Below are positions 36,071-47,210 of a DNA stretch of 64,000 nucleotides, piece after piece. The stretch is from Macrostomum lignano (Eukaryota). Position 1 is the first letter of the stretch, and every line of letters begins with the position of its first letter. Location of the stretch: positions 62,001 to 126,000 of the forward strand of contig NIVC01001161.1 of NCBI GenBank assembly GCA_002269645.1. The letters are read 5' to 3'. A program made the position numbers and the translations under genes. The notes under the pieces are model-generated. The model was not told where the DNA came from and ran no database searches. It worked only from the letters and a program-made list of their open reading frames with translations.

Positions 36071-39000
36071 GAAAGAGACAGAAAGAGAGGAAAAGTTTGT
36101 AACCTGTAAACTTAAAGAAAAAAAGAAAACTATAAACTATATTGGTAACAGTAGCAATGATAATAGTAAACTAATTGCATAAAAATAAAACATTTAAAAC
36201 AAGGCTCAATGAGCTATAATGAGAACTAGTGAGAACTATATGAGAAAAAGAAGTACTGATTAAATGATGCAATGAGCCAATATCTATAATAATCTTTAAT
36301 TATTATTATAATCTATTGGATCCTTTTGTCTAGTTATATCTTACAATAGGATTAGCCTATAGTCCTAATTGGTAATTAACCAACTGGTAGTATAGTGATG
36401 TGACAATAGATTAAGAGAATTGGCAGCAAAGGATAGATAAGGATGCTGCTGGGGTTAAGGACAGAATATTAATAGTAAAATGTAAGAGTAATAGGTAGAT
36501 CTTGCATGTAGAAAAGATCATTTTGAAACGTAATGCGGGCATGGCAATTGCAATAGATAAGACATAAAGAGCAAGAGGATTCATGGTTGAAGAAGATCCA
36601 ACATCTATAAAGTAGGTCTAGCCCTATAGATTTTAGACAACCTTCAATAAAGGGAAAATAAGCAGTGTGTGGGTATTGTTTTATTATTGTTTTACTTCAT
36701 TCCTCCTTCTTAGTTGCTTGTAGGTACCAACCAAAGCATGCCCAATGGCTGCATCTGTCATTTGGATACTTGACATTTGTGTCCTTTAGTACCTAGTATT
36801 GAGGCATGCAAGTGCTAGTAGATAGGCTTAGTGCTTAGTGCTTATGCTTAAAGATAGATATTATCTCCAACTTCCTACTTCCAAACCAATAAGGAATGGG
36901 CTTACTTTGTGGCCACCTTGGTCTATCACTATTTAGATTAAGGATTTTAAATGCAGTCTAAATTGAGTAATTATTTTTGACAATGCTTACTAGGCATTTC
37001 CTATCCTCATTGCTTGTTAAACACAGTTGATTTGCCATAGTCTTTGTTTCTAATATGTTTCTTACTTAGCTTGAAAAAAATCTTATTTTGATTGTTAGAC
37101 AAGCAACTTTTGCTTGCCTTAGAAAAAGTTTCATTTAGCATGCAAAACTAATACTAGGTATAATGTAATGACAATGAAAAAAAAGCCATTTTCAAGAGTG
37201 TTTTAAGTTTTGAATTCTATAAAGGTTTTGTTTAGGGCTTAGCATTGTTGTTAATGTTAACATTATTTGTTAAAATAATAAAATGTCACTTAGCCAAAAA
37301 ACTTAACTTTGCCCTCCCTAAAGCTAGGAAGGCCTTACTCTAGGCCTTTTTTATCTATTAATAAAATTAATACTGTGTTAGTTAAAATGGGAGATAAGAT
37401 AAAATGTTATATATTGTAACTAGTAAAAAACCTAGGATATTCATGTTTCTATTATTGCATAATATCTTGGCAACTATTTAATAAAGTTCATTATTTTTTA
37501 GTGCTAGGCCTAATATTAAAACTAGGAGTTTAGAGTTCTAATCTGGGTTTTTTACTTAGCAGTGCAACTAGAAATTTGTTGAGGGGGAGGGGATAAATTC
37601 TGGAAAGTAAAGACCCAAGGGGGGATAGAGAGTGTGGCTCTTTATTTTGATGAAAATTTGTTTGCCCCCCTTAGATTTTTTTGGTCTGCACCTAAAGAAA
37701 AGGCAACTGCCCTCTTGCCCCCTTTCCCCTTCACCTAGTTATAGCATTGTTTTCATTGGTACTAGGCCTAGGATGCGAAATTGTATCTAAGTTCAAATTT
37801 TTAAATGCAATTCAAAAAGTCAAACTGTTTTATATTATTCCTATTCAAGGGTAGATCTAGGATTTTTTGGAGAGGTGACAGATATGCAAAAAGGGTGCAT
37901 TACCCCATAGAGGGGGTGCCCAATATATCCTATCTTCTCAATGACCTTTGTGATAATTATTAACATGTAAAGCATTGTATATGAAATGGCTAATTTGGTT
38001 TCATACAAAATGTAAATTTTTTTATGTGGCAGTTTATTTAAGTTTAAGAATATTTAGCTGCACTAAAAGTAGCCTTAGGCCTATACTATAGCAGCTCAGA
38101 AAAAGGATTAAATAGCCAAGACTCAAAAAATATGTTCAGCGCTACTTGACTATCAGGTAGAGGGACATTATTGTCATTTTGACTAGGCCTATAAAATAGG
38201 TGCCCTAGGCTCCATTCTAAGGACAGGTACTTAGAATGAAGGTATACTGAATACTTAGAATAATAGTTTCTTATACGAGCCATAGGACTGCCCAGGATAG
38301 CAAAATTCCTTGAGCATCAAAAATGTTGTACATGATCTTCAGTATACCCTAATTTTTATGGCTTTTTGAGATCTTGGAGAATATACTAGAAACCATTTGG
38401 TAGACTAGGCCATTGTCTTAGTATCCCAGCTTTAGCCTTTAGATCCATGTCTTATTTCCAGCAATAATTCTCAATAAAAAACTTCCCTCTCTTGATAAAA
38501 ATGTTATAGATAGCTATTTAAAACCAAAGTTTGTTATATTTTCTATTCATCTATTAGTAAGTGTTGCACCCCTTTGCTAAACTTTTTCTTTAGGTACTTA
38601 GTCAGAATGGTATAGATCCTTCCATACAGTACCATTGTCATTGCCATTGATACTTGACTCTTGTTATCCTAGACCTTAGACTTCTATTGCATCCATGTCA
38701 TTTCATGCAATTTTTTACTTAACTTATATAAGTGCTAGTTGATCTCCTACTTTCAATTTTAAGCAATAGTCTTATTTTTTGCCCATTTCAATTCTAGTTG
38801 CTTCAGCATTTTGGTAGCCATTGGGCAATAGATGGTGCTTAAGCCCACTGGTGCAAGATGTTTAAAGTGTTGAAACTACTTTTTTTTACAAATTATATGC
38901 CTTAGAATTCTAACTTGGCTTTTTATAATAGCCTAATTATGATCTATTCCTTTTTCACATGGGATTTTAACTGTAAATTGTTTATGCAAACAGGGCAAAT

Positions 39001-39872
39001 TTTTAATGTCATAGGGCAAGACTAAAGTGGCTATATTAATACTAATAAATTATTTGCAAAATTTTATAGCTTGGCATTTTATTTGACTAATTTTGCTAAA
39101 CATTAAAACTAATGATGAAAAATAAGATAAATATTTTTGTGTTAAATTAAAAAAGGCTGAATGTTCAACTATGAACTTTTTAAATTAAAAAAAAAATGAA
39201 CATATATATAATATGTTGCACCATAGTTGATTTTCAAAGAGCAAATCCAAAATTGACAATTTATAAGCTTTATATAAATCACAATCATAAAAATGGTCAT
39301 TAGTTTACATTTTTTATCATGATTATTGTGACATCTGACACTGTAATTAGCATCTGATATGCTAATTACCTAGATGCTATTCATCAATTTATTCAATTTT
39401 ATAGAACCCTATAATAAGTCTTTGATAAGCAAGAATAAGGCTTACACCTTATTCATACTATTGTATATTTATTGGAATCTAAACATATTGTAGTATAAAA
39501 ATGCCTATTTTACCTGGAGGTGATCTAAAATTTCAGTGGAGCCAATCTTGAAAAATTTTTAAAGTCCATAGTGGTCCAATAAGTGAATATGACAGGATTA
39601 TTAATGAAGTCAATGCTAACAGGGTACTAACATCACAGATTGGTTTTCTGCCATAAAGGGAGGTCTTTCTACATCCAAGACATTTGATAACAAGTATTTT
39701 TAACATCACTTATTGCAGACCGACTACATATGTATTGGAATTAATGTGTTGCTAGTTTCCATCTATTTGAAGATCTCTGCAAAGTTTTCAATGGAAAAGC
39801 TATGAACACGAATTGTGTTAAAGAGTTTAGCTTATAAATTTCTCACCAAACCCACAGACAGAAGCCAAAGTT

Positions 39873-42095
39873 ATGGTAGTTGATCACGTGATCCTAGACG
39901 CCGGAGCCGTCATCGCCTGCAGCGATCTATCCAGGCTGGGCAATAAATTTTCCAGCACCCCAGTTGTCATGGCCGAGGTGAAAGATCAGAATGCTCGGCT
40001 CAGATTAGAACTGCTGCACGAGCCAGTTCAAGTGCGCGACCCGCTAGAGTCTTGCGTCACACAGGTGATCGCGGCTGCTAAAGCTTCTGGAGATTTCAGC
40101 GTCCTGTCTATGGCCGATATTGGTATTGTGGCGCTGGCGCTGCAGGTTATGGAGGAGCTGGGGTGTCCTGCTAAGCCTCCGGCTGCTACTGCAGCGGGCG
40201 ATGCAGCTGCGGAAGCTGCACGTGAATATGGAAACCGAATGGAGGAAATGCAGGTGAGTGCGCGATGGCAGGTTTTTACAAAATCAAGATTAAGTAGGGT
40301 AGGGTAGGGTATAGAATGAAGATTGAGTAGGGAGAATGAATAATGAGTAGGGAGATTGAAGATTGAGTAGGGAGAATGAAGATTGAGTAGGGATAATGAA
40401 GATTGAGTAGGGATAATGAAGATTGAGTAGGGAGAATGAAGAATGAGTAGAGAGAATGAAGATTGAGTAGGGAGAATGAAGATTGAGTAGGGAGAATGAA
40501 GATTGAGTAGGGAGAATGAAGATTGAGTAGGGATAATGAAGATTGAGTAGGGAGAATGAAGATTGAGTAGGGAGAATGAAGATTGAGTAGGGAGAATGAA
40601 GATTGAGTAGAGAGAATCAAGATTGAGTAGGGAGAATCAAGATTGAGTAGGGAGAATGAAGATTGAGTAGGGAGAATGAATATTGAGTAGGGAGAATCAA
40701 GATTGAGTAGGGAGAATGAAGATTGAGTAGGAAGAATGAAGAATTTAAGCCAATTCAAGTCGTGAACCATTTAAACAGGACGAGCAGGAGGAGCAGAGCG
40801 TGTCCGATCCCGCAACAGACTCCGAGGACGAGGAATCCGGTTGGGTAACCATGGACAACCTAGCTAGCGTCCTTGGCAACGGCTCGGTTGTGCACGCCTC
40901 GGATTCCGCAGCCAGCTGTCCGGTGGCCTGCGCCAGCACCGACTTTGCCGTGCAGAATGTGTGCGCCAGGTTGGGCGTGCCGATTCTCTCGTGCGAGGGC
41001 CGCATCATTGCCGAGATTCGAACTCACGTCCTCTGGTGCGCCGGCTGTTATAAACGATGCCTGAGGCCGGACAAGCGGTTCTGTCCATCGTGCGGTCACG
41101 CCACTCTGCAGAGAGTCAGCGCCCAGTTGGACAATGCCACTGGGCAGTTACAGCTGTTTTTCAAGAAGAACTACCAGTACAGACTGAAGGGTAAGGCTTG
41201 AGAGCTAAGCGCACTGTTCACTCCTTCTTTAGGGAGTGCCAAGCGTGCAACCCTCAGATTGTTAGGGGAGAGCTGAGCGTGCAATCCACAGAATCTTCAG
41301 GGGTGCCAGGCCTGCAATCCACAAAATCCTCAGGGGTGCCAGGCGTGCAATCCACAAAATCCTCAGGGGTGCCAGGCGTGCAATCCACAAAATCCTCAGG
41401 GGTGCCAGGCGTGCAATCCACAAAATCCTCAGGGGTGCCAGGCGTGCAATCCACAAAATCCTCAGGGGTGCCAGGCGTGCAATCCACAAAATCCTCAAGG
41501 GTGCTACTGCTAGGCGTGCAATCCACAGAATCTTCAGGGGTGCCAGGCGTGCAATCCACAGAATCCTCAGGGGTGCCAGGCGTGCAATCCACAGAATCTT
41601 CAGGGGTGCCAGGCGTGCAATCCACAGAATCTTCAGGGGTGCCAGGCGTGCAATCCACAGAATCTTCAGGGGTGCCAGGCGTGCAATCCACAGAATCTTC
41701 AGGGGTGCCAGGCGTGCAATCCACAGAATCTTCAGGGGTGCCAGGCGTGCAATCCACAGAATCCTTAAAAACAGATGATAGCACACAGCCACCCCCCCTT
41801 CAGGCACCCGCTACTCTTTGCCGAAGCCGCGGGGCGGTAAGCACAGCCTGGACCCCATAACGTGCGAATGGCAGCGCGTGCCGCAGCAGCGCCCCAGCAA
41901 GAAGACTCTGCAGAAGGCCAACCCGTTCTCTGTGGACGCCGAGGCCGCCGCACCCGGCCAGCTGTTTGCCCAGCACGACCTGTCCAGCAGGGCTGCCGTG
42001 CTGGCATCAGGGGCGGCCTGCCTCACTGGTCGCGGCGGAATCCTAACGAGGGCACCAGGCGCACCGGATCCAGCAGGAAGTCGCGGCGGAAGTGA
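39873..42095 (+). CDS. NOB1: RNA-binding protein/20S pre-rRNA endonuclease NOB1; exons 39873-40253, 40779-41190, 41804-42095 (1-nt frameshift near 42003)
   Basis: PIN domain (VILDAGAVI..AEVKD..SMADI), EDEESGWVT, CASTDFAVQNV, Zn ribbon CAGC..CPSCG, KG|TRYSLPKPRGGKH, RRNPNE tail. Confidence 0.93.
40285..40742. repeat. 20-bp intronic minisatellite GATTGAGTAGGGAGAATGAA
   Basis: Fills NOB1 intron 1. Confidence 0.95.
41275..41765. repeat. 33-bp intronic minisatellite GGCGTGCAATCCACAGAATCTTCAGGGGTGCCA
   Basis: Fills NOB1 intron 2. Confidence 0.95.
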
Positions 42096-42214
42096 CAGCG
42101 AATGTCTGACTGGGGGTTTGAGTATTTTGTGTGCTCAGATATTCCTGCCTGGCTAGCAATGGAAAGCAGGATTTCAGATATAAAAATATCAGGTAGCATC
42201 CAGTCATTGAATGC

Positions 42215-42259
42215 CTTTGTATGTCTGTCTGTCTGTCTGTCTGTCTGTCTGCCTTTGTA

Positions 42260-42292
<33 letters not shown>

Positions 42293-42373
42293 GCCTGCCT
42301 TTGTATGTCTGTCTGTCTGTCTGTCTCTGTCTGTCTGTCTGCCTGCCTTTGTATGTCTGTCTGTCTGTCTGCC

Positions 42374-42426
<53 letters not shown>

Positions 42427-42490
42427 GTGCGTGTGTGCCTGTCTGTTTGTCTCTGTCTCTGTCTGTCTGTCTGCCTGCCTGCCTGTCAGT
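42215..42490. repeat. (GTCT)n microsatellite
   Basis: Direct. Confidence 0.95.
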
Positions 42491-43324
42491 CTCTGTCAGT
42501 TTCCCCTTGGCTTTTTCACTGTTCCGAGAAGACTAAAAGAGAGTTCTCTAGTTGGTTCCTGCTTATGGCCAAGCTAGCAACGAGTAATTTGTGTAGAATT
42601 CCCCGCGTCTGGTGTTCCAATGCAAAAGTCGCATGAAAGTCAGTTGACTGCCTATTCTCAAATTTAAAGTCATTTTTTGAGTCCGTCAAATGTTTCATAA
42701 TGATAAAAAAGGCATGGCGTTAACAGCTTTGCAATGACCAGAGCTTTTTTGGATGGAAAGTTTGTGAAATTCGAGTTTTATTTATTTATTTTTCTATGTT
42801 AGACTACTACAAGTAGCACGTAAAATACGAGCTCGTTACGATACTGGCTTGCTCTGTACGGTTTGCTGGGGAACTTATTGATTTTTTAGCGACTGTCTAC
42901 ACTTTGCATACGAAACCTTGGCTTGCATTTTTCTCATAATGTTTGGCTCGAGCTCCCTCCCTACCTGGGCCCGTCTGACTGGCTAAACATTGAGCCTCTC
43001 TTTCTTTCTGCCCAATACCTGAAGGCAGACAGAACTCCCGCTGTCTGTTAACTGTGCCATTTTCGCCTTGTTTTGATCTCCTATGAGGTGTTGCAGCTGA
43101 TCAGTGGAAAGGATCTTAAATTAATAGAATCGAAACTTTTATTTCCTTCTGATATAGTCTCAAGTTCTCAACAGCAGGTCCTGTTTGGCTCAATAGTTTC
43201 ATGCTGCGATTGAGAGAAAGCTTAACTGAGGTTGTTTGTCGCTTTGTGCAGGTAATTTCTGTGAGAGTTTGTGATTTAAAATTTGTGAATTCTAAGTTGT
43301 GAATTCTGGATTTTCTGACTGATG

Positions 43325-44175
43325 CGGGATTTCCAATAACCGCATTCGTGATTTCCAATAACCGCATTCGTGATTTCCAATAACCGCATTCGTGATTTCC
43401 AATAACCGCATTCGGAATTTCCAATAACCGCATTCGGGATTTCCAATAACCGCATTCGGGATCTCCAATAACCGCATTCGGGATTTCCAATATCCGCATT
43501 CGGGATTTCCAATAACCGCATTCGGGATTTCCAATATCCGCATTCGGGATTTCCAATAACCGCATTCGGGATTTCCAATAACCGCATTCGGGATTTCCAA
43601 TAACCGCATTCGGGATTTCCAATAACCGCATTCGGGATTTCCAATAACCGCATTCGGGATTTCCAATAACCGCATTCGGGATCTCCAATAACCGCATTCG
43701 GGATTTCCAATATCCGCATTCGGGATTTCCAATAACCGCATTCGGGATTTCCAATATCCGCATTCGGGATTTCCAATAACCGCATTCGGGATTTCCAATA
43801 TCCGAATTCGTGATTTCCAATAACCGCATTCGGGATTTCCAATATCCACATTCGGGATTTCCAATAACCGTATTCGGGATTTCCAATAACCGCATTTGGG
43901 ATTTCCAATATCCGCATTCGGGATTTCCAATAACCGCATTCGGGATTTCCAATAACCGTATTCGGGATTTCCAATAACCGCATTCGGGATTTCCAATAAC
44001 CGCATTCGGGATTTCCAATATCCGCATTCGGGATTTCCAATAACCGCATTCGGGATTTCCAATGTCTGAAGAGGGGATTTCCAAGAACCGAAGGGAGGAT
44101 TTCCAAGAACTGAAGTGGGGATTTCCAAGAACTGAAGTAGGAATTTCCAAGAACTGAAGTGGGGATTTCCAAAGA
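43325..44175. repeat. 22-bp minisatellite GGGATTTCCAATAACCGCATTC
   Basis: 22-aa translation period, equal to 3 units. Confidence 0.95.
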
Positions 44176-44739
44176 TTTTGACCACTGAAGCCAGTACCGT
44201 TTTGTCTGCTAGGAATAGAGGTTTAATCCGCTCATTTATCAATAAAATAAAGATTAGCGTTATAGATATTTTCTAAGAAATAAAAACTTCTATCATTGAA
44301 AATCCCGCAGCCCAAACAGGCGGAGACGTCGGTAGCGTCAGCCGCGGCAGATTACGAGTTGTTATCAAACGAGTCTTTCATTGAGGACAGTTCACTAGCC
44401 GTATATCAGTCCTCCCTACGTACAGGAACTGCTCATTTTTATCACTGGCAGCATTGTTATTCTGCCGCGTCCGCGCGTCTGCAGCGGAAAAAATCTTCGG
44501 CAGTGACGTCATTGGCTATAAATAGTAACAGCGTTAAAGCAGATAAACTGGCTTCAATAGAGCGCCAAACTTTGTCGTCGGCTTGGGTCCCGGTCTCTGC
44601 TGGCAACGGGCAGCTAAGAGAGTCGCCAACTGCTGCTGCTGTTGCTACTACTAGTAGTATTACTAATGGCAGCAGTAATGGAAATGCTTTTGTTGCAGTG
44701 AGTAGCCTTTTTTGTTAGCTTATGGACTCTAAGTTGGAT

Positions 44740-45310
44740 TAGTGTCAGCTTATATAGATGCCAAGTTGTATTAGTGTCAGCTCATATAGATGCCAAGTTG
44801 TATTAGTGTCAGCTCATATAGATGCCAAGTTGTATTAGTGTCAGCTTATATAGATGAGCTTATATAGCTTATATAGATGCCAAGTTAGATTAGTGTCAGA
44901 TTATATAGATGCCAAGTTGGATTAGTGTCAGCTTATATAGACACCAAGTTAGATTAGTGTCAGCTTATATAGACACCAAGTTAGATTAGTGTCAGCTTAT
45001 ATAGACACCAAGTTAGATTAGTGTCAGCTTATATAGACACCAAGTTAGATTAGTTTCAGCTTATATAGACACCAAGTTAGATTAGTGTCAGCTTATATAG
45101 ACACCAAGTTAGATTAGTGTCAGCTTATATAGACACCAAGTTAGATTAGTGTCAGCTTATATAGACACCAAGTTAGATTAGTGTCAGCTTATATAGACAC
45201 CAAGTTAGATTAGTGTCAGCTTATATAGACACCAAGTTAGATTAGTGTCAGCTTATATAGACACCAAGTTAGATTAGTGTCAGCTTATAAAGATGCGAAC
45301 TTGGATTAGT
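44740..45310. repeat. 32-bp minisatellite GACACCAAGTTAGATTAGTGTCAGCTTATATA
   Basis: Units 32 bp apart. Confidence 0.95.
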
Positions 45311-45769
45311 GTCAGCAGATACGATCTTCTATACAGGCTCTATGGTGATGCGTAATCAATGGTTTAGTTTAAAAGTACAATTGCTGGGAAACATACGGGT
45401 TTCCTAGAAACAATATATCAGCCAATTTTGCACAATCTGCAGTGGATTATCAGCTATAGTATCTGATGAATATGTGTAGCATAGTATGGTATTAATTCTG
45501 TATACAGCATTACTAACTGCCTGGGCTTGTCCCCGCATTCAATTATATGCATGTAGCATAAATTGGTGTGCGTGTTCCCCCAAAGTTTGCAAACAGCTTG
45601 TGTGCAGGCCGCTGCAATGTTTAGCATTGGGAGAAACTCTACACTTTTTGGGGCCTGCAGCCAGCACGTTTGAGGCTTGAAGTAACCGCTCTCATTCCTG
45701 CAGCTCTGGATACTGCGTACAATCTCAGAGACAGCGGCTTCGAAGCTTGCATCTCTTCTGTTCTGACTC

Positions 45770-46170
45770 TCGGATAATCCTGACTGACTCTCAGATATTC
45801 CTGACTGACTCACAGATATTCCTGACTGACTCTCAGATATTCCTGACTGACTCTCAGATATTCCTGACTGACTCACAGATATTCCTGACTGACTCTCAGA
45901 CATTCCTGACTGACTCTCAGATATTCCTGACTGACTCTCAGACATTCCTGACTGACTCTCAGATATTCCTGACTGACTCTCAGATATTCCTGACTGACTC
46001 TCAGATATTCCTGACTGACTCTCAAATATTCCTGACTGACTCTCAGATATTCCTGACTGACTCTCAGATATTCCTGACTGACTCTCAGATATTCCTGACT
46101 GACTCTCAGATATTCCTGACTGACTCTCAGATATTCCTGACTGACTCTCAGATATTCCTGACTGACTTTC
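45770..46170. repeat. 21-bp minisatellite GACTGACTCTCAGATATTCCT
   Basis: LTDSQIF periodicity. Confidence 0.95.
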
Positions 46171-46784
46171 ACTGTCCTTGATCAGGCACTCTGACCTATC
46201 AGAGATGAGCCTGCTTGTAGCCAGTCGCAAATGGCCAGTCCAGATTCTCGCATTTATCTAGTAGTCCTTGGTCCTCCGCTATCTCTCTCCCTCTTTCGAT
46301 ATTTAAAGCATTGCCGAATTTGTGTATATATACATACGATCTGTGCATGAAAGTACGGCGGGGATATGTGTGCTTGAAATGCGCGCTTCGAATCGTGTAT
46401 ATACACACATTCACATATGCATTGTGGCCCCTGTGTCTCCGGGCCTGCGCGTGCCTCACTCCAGGCTTGCTTTTTTATCCAGTGAAGTCTTGCAGCTAGT
46501 CAGGCCTGTGTTCTGTGTCTAGCATGTCTCTCTAAACGATTTCAACCAAAATCTAGTTTAGCCCTGCAGAATTATTAGCGAAATTTTAGTATATGGATGT
46601 TGCTGCAATTAACTATTGACAATGTTTTAAACTGCGGACTTTAACAGCGTCCATTAGTAAGTATATTTGACAAAATTTCTTTTAATAATAAAGCTGTTCT
46701 TTATTACTCATATTTTGGCCACTTTTTTACTCAATGGTTCGCTTAACAAGCGCTTGACATTGACATTGGTGTATTAAGCATTGC

Positions 46785-46896
46785 ATGCAGACAGACAGGC
46801 AGACAGGCAGGCAGACGGACAGACAGGCAGACAGACAGACAGACAGGCAGACAGACAGACAGGCAAACAGACAGACATACAGACAGGCAGGCAGGC

Positions 46897-46929
<33 letters not shown>

Positions 46930-47045
46930 GGCAGGCAGACGGACAGACAGGCAGACAGACAGACAGACAGACAGACAGACAGGCAGGCAGACGGACAGAC
47001 AGACAGGCAGACAGACAGACAGACAGACAGGCAGACAGACAGACA
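46785..47045. repeat. (GACA)n microsatellite
   Basis: Direct. Confidence 0.95.
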
Positions 47046-47210
47046 CAGGCCTTCCCCACCCCTCCCCAGGTGACGTCATCCAGCAGTCTCAACCAGCTGC
47101 GCGACCCCCTACAAGAGCCGAAGTCGGCAGCGGAACCCGACGCCTCAGCGGATCCATATTTTCTGCTTCCATTTTTCTCCACCGCCCAGCAACAGCAGTT
47201 GCCGGTTACC

